Part shown: positions 36,544 to 45,253 of the stretch, piece by piece | Layout: each line of letters starts with the position of its first letter | Position numbering within the stretch: the first letter of the stretch is position 1 | Translations under genes and position numbers: made by a program | The notes under the pieces: generated by a model | What the model saw: the letters and a program-made list of their open reading frames with translations, nothing else | What the model was told of the DNA's origin: nothing | The model's database searches: none | DNA from: Armatimonadota bacterium | GTDB taxonomy: Bacteria > Armatimonadota > UBA5829 | Assembly (NCBI GenBank): GCA_046719185.1 | Contig: JBDNDK010000001.1 | Coordinates: forward strand, 1-50,316 | Length of the DNA: 50,316 nucleotides | Direction of reading: 5' to 3'

Positions 36544-38712
36544 TTATTTTAACATTTTAAGGTCATATTTTTCTTCATATACAGTTAAATCATATTTTTT
36601 GCCATTAAAATGAATGCTTTTTATGGTGATTGAGTTCCAATCAATAGGTAGGCAAGGATTAACAAAAAGTTTGTTATTATTTGAAAGATATTCAAATTCT
36701 AATCCTGCAAACCCAAAAATTGTTGCTTTTATTGGTCCAGCAGCACCAGTGAGAAAAGTCATCACATCATTATATAGTGATGGTTTCTCATTGAAATTAT
36801 TAAATGGTCCTCTGAAATATGGCTTATAGCTTAGATGAAACTTTTCATAAGCATCAGCACAATTCCCTAATCTAGCCAATATCACAGAATGAGCAGATGG
36901 TGCCATAGCAGGTCCGCCTTTATGCACTTTTGGTGCATAATACTCATAAGTATTCTTATAAATTATCTTCATTTCCTCTTGTGTTTTTCCTGAAATTTTA
37001 TATTGTAATGGAAAAATCACAAGTTCAGTATCTGCTTGTTTTGCAGCAAGACCTTCATCATTATCATGAGCAACAAATCTTTGATTTTTTTCATCAAAGG
37101 GTATATACATTTTATTAGCAATCTCAACCCATCTTGGTGAAGGAGTCTGTCCGATAGTTTCAGCTGCTTTAGCTGCAATCAGCAAATTCAATTTTGCTAT
37201 CACATTTGTATATACAGAATTATTTACCATATCCCTGTTTTCATCTGGGGGCACAACTTCTAAAATTTCATATCTATCTTTATCTTCATTATATGTAACT
37301 TTGCTAACCCAATAATCTGCAGTTTCTTTAATGACATTATATCCTCTTTTTTTCAGCCATTCTTTATCTTTTGTGATTAAATAATACTGCCATTGGGCAA
37401 GGGCGATGTTTCCATTTATATGCCTTTCATGTCTATATACTAAGCCTTCTGGAGTTGCTTCAATTCCGGTAAATCCGCTTTCCCAAGCAAACTGTGCACC
37501 TTTGAATCCATCATTAACAGCATTTTGTCTTGCACCATCTAATGTTTTATATCTATATTCAACAATAGATTTTGCAAACTCCGGAAATTGCAACGCAATA
37601 GCATGAAATATCCACAAATCTGCATCCCAAAATATATGACCACTCCATCCATTGCTTGATAATCCTAGTGGTGGAATACTCCAATGCATATCCTCTCTAA
37701 CACTTTGAAGAATATAAAACATACAGCTGTTTATAGTCTGCTGATCTTTCTTCGGTCCATCTATTATAATTCTTCTTTCCCATATCTTATTCCATGCGGA
37801 AATGTGTTCTTCTTCTATATCTTCAATATTTATAGCAATTGCTTTTTCAAGCTCATTTTTTGCAGAAGAAACAGCAGTCTCTGAATTCATATCAACTGAA
37901 ATAGAAACTAAATATAATACTTTGAATCTTTTATTCTTTTCTGCTTTGATTGATATTCTGTCAATATAATCTTTTGATTTATCAGTATTATTAGATTGCA
38001 AGATGCTATCAGAATGGAAGAATGTGTATATAGCTAGATATAAATTACTTTCTTTTGTTTTCAACAGATGGCAAATATCATTTTCTATAACATCAAAGTA
38101 TGCAAATTTGCTTTTACCTTGCTCATCTAAATAGCTAGGCACATAAAAAGTAATATTACCATCAAAATTTGGCACAAAATCAAAAGTGATAAGAGCTATA
38201 TTTTTTCTTGCTCTTGAAACTATTATTTTTATTTCACCCTGTAAGGTTTGATTTTGATATCTATATGTGCATTTAGTTGTCAAAATGCCTTTTTTAATAT
38301 CAAGAGTTTGAGTATAGAATGATTTAGCATCAATTTGAAACAAAGCATCATCAGAATTAACATTATTGGTGATTCTTATATCACTCCAAGTGGGAATTGG
38401 AACTAGTGTTTCTTCATTATATAAACCTGCAACAAAGCACTGTAGTGGTTCATTCTTTTCAAAACCTAACCCAGAACCTTTTATTTGAGTAGATATATAT
38501 CCATTTGCCAGATATGTTCCATAATCAAAATCTGGTTTATCGGATAGTAATTGCCAAGGGTCATCAGTTGCTGGTCCTCTTTGCTCTGGAGTATTTGATT
38601 TAGTGTTGATATCTTGTTCTTTATCTTTTAGAGCGGATAAATAAACTATAACACTAGCAAATACGGACAGAAAAATTATTAACAAGACAATTTTATAAAA
38701 TCGATTGCTCAT
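36544..38712 (-). CDS. GH65-like (alpha/alpha)6 glycoside hydrolase/phosphorylase with N-terminal membrane anchor
   Basis: 722 aa. Anchor IVLLIIFLSVFASVIVYL. The catalytic-domain blocks GHIFWDADLWIF, YRYKTLDGARQNA, GAQFAWESGFTGIEATPEG and ERHINGNIALAQWQY resemble GH65. Confidence 0.7.
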   Translation of the reverse strand: MSNRFYKIVLLIIFLSVFASVIVYLSALKDKEQDINTKSNTPEQRGPATDDPWQLLSDKPDFDYGTYLANGYISTQIKGSGLGFEKNEPLQCFVAGLYNEETLVPIPTWSDIRITNNVNSDDALFQIDAKSFYTQTLDIKKGILTTKCTYRYQNQTLQGEIKIIVSRARKNIALITFDFVPNFDGNITFYVPSYLDEQGKSKFAYFDVIENDICHLLKTKESNLYLAIYTFFHSDSILQSNNTDKSKDYIDRISIKAEKNKRFKVLYLVSISVDMNSETAVSSAKNELEKAIAINIEDIEEEHISAWNKIWERRIIIDGPKKDQQTINSCMFYILQSVREDMHWSIPPLGLSSNGWSGHIFWDADLWIFHAIALQFPEFAKSIVEYRYKTLDGARQNAVNDGFKGAQFAWESGFTGIEATPEGLVYRHERHINGNIALAQWQYYLITKDKEWLKKRGYNVIKETADYWVSKVTYNEDKDRYEILEVVPPDENRDMVNNSVYTNVIAKLNLLIAAKAAETIGQTPSPRWVEIANKMYIPFDEKNQRFVAHDNDEGLAAKQADTELVIFPLQYKISGKTQEEMKIIYKNTYEYYAPKVHKGGPAMAPSAHSVILARLGNCADAYEKFHLSYKPYFRGPFNNFNEKPSLYNDVMTFLTGAAGPIKATIFGFAGLEFEYLSNNNKLFVNPCLPIDWNSITIKSIHFNGKKYDLTVYEEKYDLKMLK

Positions 38713-39451
38713 TATTTTCTTTCCTAGCTACAAAAAACACTCTATCAGATCTTCTGTTAGGTTTTTTGAATTTATAAGCATGGAATATATGAAGCACTTT
38801 AAATTTAGTTTCTCTTAGTATGTTTGATAACTCTTCAATTGTATAACCTTTTTGAACATGAACTTCTTTGAATTGCACCAATTCACCGTATTCATTTTCA
38901 GTTTCAAAAGTCATATTCACTCTGCAAATTCTAGTTGCATTATCCCACTCACTTCTCCATACATATCTAGGCAAATGATCTCTTGATAAATTTGCTTGAT
39001 CGAAGAAATGATGCTGAAGAGCATATATAGTATTTACATCAAAAATGAAAATTCCATTATCCACTAAATGCTGAGAGACTCTTTTTATTCCTTCTCTTAG
39101 TTTATTGATATCAGTAACATAATTTAGACTGTCAAATAAACTAATGGCAAGATCAAATTTTCTATCAATATTTAATTCTGCAACATCACTAACAAAATAT
39201 TCTGCCTTATGATCTTTATTTAAGGCAACAGCTATCATTTCTTTACTTATATCAAAACCGGTAACCTCATAACCTTTCTCTGCAAGCAATTCAGATACAT
39301 TACCAGTCCCGCAAGCAACATCAAGAATTGTTTTTGGTTCATAATCAACCATCAGCAATAGGTCTTCTAAATATTTAACCCAAAAACTATAAGGAACTCC
39401 GCTCATAAGTTTGTCATAATGAGGAGCTACAAGATTAAATTGAGATTCCAT
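38693..39451 (-). CDS. class I SAM-dependent methyltransferase (small-molecule type)
   Basis: 252 aa. Motif I ILDVACGTGNVS, post-I E.TGFDIS, and motif II/III LAISLFDSLNY...GIFIFD. Its 3' end overlaps the GH65 start by 20 nt. Confidence 0.8.
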   Translation of the reverse strand: MESQFNLVAPHYDKLMSGVPYSFWVKYLEDLLLMVDYEPKTILDVACGTGNVSELLAEKGYEVTGFDISKEMIAVALNKDHKAEYFVSDVAELNIDRKFDLAISLFDSLNYVTDINKLREGIKRVSQHLVDNGIFIFDVNTIYALQHHFFDQANLSRDHLPRYVWRSEWDNATRICRVNMTFETENEYGELVQFKEVHVQKGYTIEELSNILRETKFKVLHIFHAYKFKKPNRRSDRVFFVARKENNEQSIL

Positions 39452-39528
39452 TCAGCATTTCATCCATTCAAATTATTTAATATTAGATGATATTATACTA
39501 TAAAACAGAGGTTGAGTTTATGAGGTTT

Positions 39529-40113
39529 TTACTTTTCCCATTCTATGTGACCATTGATATTATATTTCTCATATGTTTTGAGAATGTCTTCACAGAATGA
39601 CTTTAGTTCTTGATTGTTTTCTTTTTTTGCTAGTTCATAAAGTCTTATAAACATTTTTTTGCTTGTTTCTGTCTGATTTAGATTTTTCTTTATGAAATTG
39701 TGTTGGGCACATAATGTTTGTCCATTTTCTATTTCAGCTTTTCCACCAAGCGATCTTGGTTTTATATGGTCAATATGTAGCTCTACACCATCAATTTTGC
39801 CTTTGCCACAAATTACACACTTGTAATTATCTCTTTTTAGTATTTGTCTTTTTTGTTCGTCGCTGAAATCTTCAAGATGGTTTGTTATTTCCATATTAGG
39901 ATCATATTTATAGATCCCTTTGGCTACTTTTATAAGTTTTCCATTTTCATGTAGTTTTCTTATGCTTCTCCAAGTATCTCTGGGTTTTCTTCCGTATAAT
40001 TTTAAATAATGTTCTTCAACCCAGTCTACAACGGGTCCATGTTGTATATCTTGATTGGGATGTTTTGTAAAATATTCTATAACCAAATCCTCTATACTCT
40101 TTTTCTTTTCCAT
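39529..40113 (-). CDS. HNH (beta-beta-alpha-Me) endonuclease, putative type II restriction enzyme
   Basis: 194 aa. CVICGKG...LHIDHIKPRSLGGKAEIENGQTLCAQHN follows a ~90-aa N-terminal domain. It starts 2 nt after the DNA MTase stop. Confidence 0.8.
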   Translation of the reverse strand: MEKKKSIEDLVIEYFTKHPNQDIQHGPVVDWVEEHYLKLYGRKPRDTWRSIRKLHENGKLIKVAKGIYKYDPNMEITNHLEDFSDEQKRQILKRDNYKCVICGKGKIDGVELHIDHIKPRSLGGKAEIENGQTLCAQHNFIKKNLNQTETSKKMFIRLYELAKKENNQELKSFCEDILKTYEKYNINGHIEWEK

Positions 40114-40115
40114 AT

Positions 40116-40922
40116 TTAAAAGTTTATCCTTTGTTGATAAAAATGAGCTTCAGTTTTTATTCTTTTTATAGCAAGATTACAGTATTCAGAATCAATATCA
40201 ATTCCTATTGCTTTTCTGTTTGATAATGAAGCTGCAATAAGAGTTGTTCCACTGCCCATAAAGGGGTCCATTATAACATCATCTACAAAACTAAATAATT
40301 TTATACATCTCATTGGAAGATTTATAGGGAATGGTGCAGGATGTCCTATTCTTTTCTTACTTTCACCAGAAAATGTCCACAAACCATTTGTCCATTCCAT
40401 AAACTCACTTTTTGTTATATCTGATTTCAGGCTACCAGAAGTTTTTTTCCAGTTATCTTTATATAGCACAACAATAGTTTCAACTGGAGCAATAACATAA
40501 GGTGCACTAGCAGAAAGCCATGAACCCCAAGCCGTTCTTCTTGATATATTACCTTCATTCCAGATAATTGTTGAGTGATATTTAAATCCAACTGATTTTG
40601 CAATGGAAGTAATATCCGCACAAACAGATTGCTGTCCTCCCTTGTTTTTGTCAAGAGGTATATTTAGGCAAAATCTACCGTCATTTTTTAACATTTTATA
40701 GCATTGTTTTAGCCATAATGTTGTGAATTCAAGATAATCTTCATAACACTCAGCATCATCATGTGAATTATAATGAATATCCACATTATAAGGTGGTGAA
40801 GTAATGATTAAATCAATAGATTCATCATTAATATCTTTAATTGTAAGAATATCATCATTATAGATTAATATATCCTTATCATTGAAAACTAAATTCACAT
40901 TTTGTCTCTCTTCCAAGAGCAT
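40116..40922 (-). CDS. beta-class N4-cytosine/N6-adenine DNA methyltransferase
   Basis: 268 aa. Motif IV SPPY (aa 42-45, DLIITSPPYNV) precedes motif I DPFMGSGTTLIAA near the C-terminus, which is the N6_N4_Mtase beta permutation. GGAG RBS 8 nt upstream. Confidence 0.85.
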   Translation of the reverse strand: MLLEERQNVNLVFNDKDILIYNDDILTIKDINDESIDLIITSPPYNVDIHYNSHDDAECYEDYLEFTTLWLKQCYKMLKNDGRFCLNIPLDKNKGGQQSVCADITSIAKSVGFKYHSTIIWNEGNISRRTAWGSWLSASAPYVIAPVETIVVLYKDNWKKTSGSLKSDITKSEFMEWTNGLWTFSGESKKRIGHPAPFPINLPMRCIKLFSFVDDVIMDPFMGSGTTLIAASLSNRKAIGIDIDSEYCNLAIKRIKTEAHFYQQRINF

Positions 40923-41033
40923 ATGTATTACTCCAAAAAATATTATTCAATTGAATTATATCAAATTTACATTGTGATGATTAGACATTATATAAATATA
41001 GCAAAAAAACCTTCCGTACAATGCTTTATGTTA

Positions 41034-41042
41034 TGCTATAAT
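41034..41042 (+). promoter_or_regulatory. extended -10 element (TGCTATAAT) upstream of the SbcD-like gene
   Basis: TGCTATAAT lies 70 nt upstream of ATG 41113. The -35 is weak (TTCCGT, 19-nt spacer). Pattern only. Confidence 0.3.
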
Positions 41043-41112
41043 ATGCAAGGTTACAATAATATCAATAATTAATATAAATTATACCATTTGAAAACTAGAA
41101 TTGTGAGGGTGT

Positions 41113-42375
41113 ATGCTGAAACTATTGTGTGCTGGAGATTTGCATTTAGGAAGAAGATCAAGCAGAACTCAAAATGATGATGTATCAATTTCTTCATCAC
41201 ACACATGGCTTGAGTGTGTGGAATATGCAATAAAAAATGAAGTTTCTGCTGTTTTGCTTGCAGGTGACATTATTGATGAAAGCAATAAATTTTTTGAGGC
41301 ATTTGGTCCGCTTGAGAAAGGCATAGAAACTCTTAGAAAATATAATATCCCAGTGATTGCTGTTTCGGGGAATCATGATTGGGATTCAATTAAAAGCTTT
41401 GTCAATGGTTTAAATTTAGACAATTTTCATATTCTTGGAATAGATGGTAAATGGGATAATTATAAGATATCCAAAGATGGAAATATCATTGTTAGTGTTT
41501 GGGGTAAAAGCTTCATTTCAAAATATCAAGACAACTCACCAATTCAGAACCTACCTAGTATTCAGCCAGAAGGTGTTCCTATTATAGGTTTGCTTCACAC
41601 AGATGTTGGAGCAAAAAACAGTGTTTATGCAGGTGTTGATAGAAATGAATTACAAAATAAAGGTTTTAATCTCTGGGTAACTGGTCATATTCATCAGCCA
41701 AGTTTTGAAGATAACATATTAATTTGCGGTTCACTTCATGCACTTGACCCTAGTGAAGAAGGCAAAAGAGGCTGTTGGATAATAGAAATTGATGAAAATA
41801 ATAATATAACAAGTAAGCATATACCTCTAAGTTCAGTTGAATATCACAATGTAAATATAGATTTGTCACAAGCTCAAGGTATAGATAATATTAGAAGCAT
41901 AATAGCTAGGGAAATAAGAGACTATACAACAAAAATCATACAAAAAAATATTAATCTCAAATATGCAGTTTATAGAATATCATTAGTATCCAGAACACCT
42001 GCATATAAAGATGTTAATCTTGCTATAAAAGAGTTAGATAAAGAGCCTATTAGTATTCACATATCAGATTGCACCGTTGTGATAGATAAAATATACAACA
42101 ACACAAAGCCATTATTAAATCTTGATGAAATATCTCAGGGTGTGGGTGTAACAGCATTTCTTGCAAAATTGATATTAGATATTGAATCAGGTATCAATTC
42201 AGAAGAGATGTTATCGCTTTTATCAAAGACTAATGATAATGTTGCATCATTGATTTCTCAAAGAAATGCAGAAGATTTTGATTTTAGGCAATTAGATCAA
42301 GATGATTTGAAAGAAATAATATGTGCAAAAGGTTATGAATTATTAGATTCACTGATAATGCAGGTGAAAAAATGA
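41113..42375 (+). CDS. SbcD/Mre11-like metallophosphoesterase
   Basis: 420 aa. Calcineurin-like motifs GDLHLG, GDIID, SGNHD, LLHTD and GHIHQ, followed by a ~170-aa C-terminal extension. GAGGG RBS. Confidence 0.85.
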   Translation: MLKLLCAGDLHLGRRSSRTQNDDVSISSSHTWLECVEYAIKNEVSAVLLAGDIIDESNKFFEAFGPLEKGIETLRKYNIPVIAVSGNHDWDSIKSFVNGLNLDNFHILGIDGKWDNYKISKDGNIIVSVWGKSFISKYQDNSPIQNLPSIQPEGVPIIGLLHTDVGAKNSVYAGVDRNELQNKGFNLWVTGHIHQPSFEDNILICGSLHALDPSEEGKRGCWIIEIDENNNITSKHIPLSSVEYHNVNIDLSQAQGIDNIRSIIAREIRDYTTKIIQKNINLKYAVYRISLVSRTPAYKDVNLAIKELDKEPISIHISDCTVVIDKIYNNTKPLLNLDEISQGVGVTAFLAKLILDIESGINSEEMLSLLSKTNDNVASLISQRNAEDFDFRQLDQDDLKEIICAKGYELLDSLIMQVKK

Positions 42376-45167
42376 GCAAAAAATGTTTGTATTTTAAAAA
42401 TATAAAAATTATAAATATGCCAGGTTTTGAAAATAACAATGGATTTGATATAGATGGTTTAGTTGATGGGATAAATATAATCTATGGACCAAATGCATCA
42501 GGTAAAACTACAACTGCAAAATCATTAGTATCAATTCTTTGGCCAAAACTATTGAATAACAAAGATTCAATGCTATCTGCTGAAATGATACTTGATAATA
42601 AAAAAATAAAAACAGACTTAAAATCTGGAAAAGTTGATTGTTATATTGACGGTGAAAAATCAAATTTGCCTCTGTATCCATCAGAACAGTATTCTTCAAG
42701 ATATTGGCTTGACTTAAATACACTTATGACTGGAAATAATAATGAATTTGCAAAAGCAATTGCAAATGAATCTGCCGGTGGTTATGACATAAAAGCTGCA
42801 ACTAAAAGTCTTGGATATACATTAAAGCCATCTAATCCAAGAGGTTTAAAAACCGAGCTTAGTAATATAAAAGCAAAGATAAAAAAAATATCAAATCAAG
42901 AAAAGGCAAAAATTAACTTATTAAATGAACTTGAAGCTCTTAAATTGGCTGTATCAAGTGAAGATGAAGATAAAAAAAGGGTTAGACAATTTGAGAAAAT
43001 TAAAGAATACAAATACAGAAAAAAACAACTTGATATAGTTGAAATAGAGCTCAAATCATATCCTGATATATGTGAAAAATTAGTTGGTAATGAAGACAAA
43101 CAGCTTGAGGAGCTAAATCAGAAAATTGATGATCATAATAAGTTTATTGAGAGGGCAAAATTAGAAATTGAGAGAAATTCAAATGAAAAATCAATGCTTT
43201 CAATTCAAAAAAGTCCAGAAATAACTGAAATTGAAACACTTAGAAACTTAAATAATTCATTAATTGATATTAAAAGTAAAATTGAATTACAGCATAGAGA
43301 AATATCAAATTATCAAAATGAAAAAAACAACGCTAAAAAGAGGCTTCCTCTCAAAATTGATCCTGAAAAACTTGATACATTTAATTCAGACAGTACAGAA
43401 ATCTTAGGCAGGTTTATAAGAAGAGATGAGAAAATTAGATCTAAGTTTGATGCATATAATCAGATAGAAAAGTGGATTGGAACCGAGAAATCATCACAGG
43501 ATTTATCAAAGATAAGAAGATGTATAGATTTATTAATTGATTGGTTTTCTGAAAATATTATTTCTGCATCAGGTTACAATAAAGTAAATTTAATTTATGC
43601 ACTACTTGCTGGATTATTTTGGGGACTTGGTATATTAGCAGGTTATTTGATTAACCCAATTTATTTTATAACACTTCTATTTTCTATAGTTTTTCTTATT
43701 CTGATTAAAAAACCTCAGCCAGCATCAACCAGAAGAGTTGATATACAAAATGAGTATGAAAATCTAAATGTATCTCTTCCGGAAAGATGGGAAAAAGATA
43801 GTGTAAAAACCCATTTTTTTGATATTCAAGCAAAATATTCAGATCTTCAATTTATTAATGCAAAAGCAGACTATTTGAAAAATATATCAAATGAATTAAA
43901 CTGTCTTAACAATGAAATAAATCAGCTAAACATCGATAAAAATGAAATTTTAGATAAAATAGGAATAATGCCGGAGATGAGTGATGATGAATACTCCTTA
44001 TTTGTTATGTTGACAAATATCATCAAATGGCAAGAAGCAAATGACAAACTTGATTTTGCAGAAAATAAGTTGAGAGATCTCATAATAAAACAAAAAAATA
44101 TTACTACACAAATTAATGAGATACTTATGAAATACAATCAAAATGAAGTAGGTTCTTCTGATGACGCTGGATCTGCTATAGAAAGATTAGCCTCAGAAAA
44201 AATTAGATTTGATGAAGTTACTAGTCAGATAAATAGACTTAATGAAGATATAAAAAGAGAGGAAAAATCTCTTAATGATTCTGTTCAAAAGAAAAAGAAA
44301 TTATTTGAAAATATTGGCATTGCATTAAATGATGAAAGATCATTATATGATGCTCTAAATCAATATAAAAATTATCAGCAAACAAAGAAAAACTATAATA
44401 ATATTCTAGCAGTATATAATCAATCACAGAATGAAATTGAAGATTTTAAAGAGCTATCAGATTTATCTGATGAGGAAATTGAGAGCCACATAGAAAGATA
44501 TGAACGCAGAATTGATAGCCATAAAGAGAAACATCAAAAAATTGGTGAGCTGATAAACACTATAAATAGTGCAAAAATTAGTAAAGAATTGGAACAAGCA
44601 TTAGATATAGAAATTAATGCAAAAGACAAACTTACAAAGCTGCTTGATAATGATATAGAGTCGGTTGTGGGACAGACACTAGCAGATTTTGTTGAGTTAA
44701 ACAGCAGAAGTAAAGACCTTCCAAAGGTATTTGAAAATGCAAACTGTATCTTTCAAAAGATAACTGATAATAGGTATGAGTTAGAAATAGATTACACTAA
44801 TTCTGAATTAGATTTTAAGGCTCTGGATAAAGAAGTAGATAAATTTAAAAACATTAATGAATTATCAACTGGCACAAGGGTTCAGTTGTTACTTTCTGTT
44901 AGACTTGGTTTTATAGAAGAGCAAGAAACAGAATTATCTTTGCCATTGATATTAGATGAAGTTTTAGCAGTTAGTGATGAAAAAAGAGCAAAAGAAATTA
45001 TGGATTTTATCTTAGATGTTGCTAAAAGAAATAGGCAGATAATATATTTCACAACTCAATTAGAAGAAGCAAAGAAATGGAGTGAATATCTTGAATCTGT
45101 TGGATATAACAATTATTCCATAAAAGATATGAATAATATTAAGCGATATCAATCTTTATTTGTTTGA
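42372..45167 (+). CDS. SbcC/Rad50-like ABC ATPase with long coiled-coil and central two-helix membrane hairpin
   Basis: 931 aa. Its ATG overlaps the upstream stop (ATGA). Walker A GPNASGKT (aa 39-46), signature-like ELSTGTR, and Walker B LPLILDE in the last ~100 aa. The hydrophobic hairpin is at aa ~405-447 (nt 43584-43712). There is no CxxC. Confidence 0.8.
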   Translation: MSKKCLYFKNIKIINMPGFENNNGFDIDGLVDGINIIYGPNASGKTTTAKSLVSILWPKLLNNKDSMLSAEMILDNKKIKTDLKSGKVDCYIDGEKSNLPLYPSEQYSSRYWLDLNTLMTGNNNEFAKAIANESAGGYDIKAATKSLGYTLKPSNPRGLKTELSNIKAKIKKISNQEKAKINLLNELEALKLAVSSEDEDKKRVRQFEKIKEYKYRKKQLDIVEIELKSYPDICEKLVGNEDKQLEELNQKIDDHNKFIERAKLEIERNSNEKSMLSIQKSPEITEIETLRNLNNSLIDIKSKIELQHREISNYQNEKNNAKKRLPLKIDPEKLDTFNSDSTEILGRFIRRDEKIRSKFDAYNQIEKWIGTEKSSQDLSKIRRCIDLLIDWFSENIISASGYNKVNLIYALLAGLFWGLGILAGYLINPIYFITLLFSIVFLILIKKPQPASTRRVDIQNEYENLNVSLPERWEKDSVKTHFFDIQAKYSDLQFINAKADYLKNISNELNCLNNEINQLNIDKNEILDKIGIMPEMSDDEYSLFVMLTNIIKWQEANDKLDFAENKLRDLIIKQKNITTQINEILMKYNQNEVGSSDDAGSAIERLASEKIRFDEVTSQINRLNEDIKREEKSLNDSVQKKKKLFENIGIALNDERSLYDALNQYKNYQQTKKNYNNILAVYNQSQNEIEDFKELSDLSDEEIESHIERYERRIDSHKEKHQKIGELINTINSAKISKELEQALDIEINAKDKLTKLLDNDIESVVGQTLADFVELNSRSKDLPKVFENANCIFQKITDNRYELEIDYTNSELDFKALDKEVDKFKNINELSTGTRVQLLLSVRLGFIEEQETELSLPLILDEVLAVSDEKRAKEIMDFILDVAKRNRQIIYFTTQLEEAKKWSEYLESVGYNNYSIKDMNNIKRYQSLFV

Positions 45168-45253
45168 GTTTTGTAATAAATATTCTCACAAAGAATAACA
45201 AATATGCTATCATCATACAAATAATTTGACTGTAAAAGATGGGAGTTATACTG

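Noticed and set aside
38693-39451. The class I SAM methyltransferase as part of the adjacent R-M system
   Set aside because: Its motifs are of the small-molecule/Methyltransf_25 type and it has no DNA MTase motif IV ((D/N/S)PP(Y/F)). It is separated from the HNH gene by a 77-nt spacer with a likely -10, and it overlaps the GH65 gene instead.
42372-45167. Canonical SbcC with zinc hook
   Set aside because: I scanned the protein's six cysteines (KKCLYF, VDCYID, DICEK, RRCIDL, LNCLNN, ANCIFQ). No CxxC pair exists, so the standard hook model does not apply.
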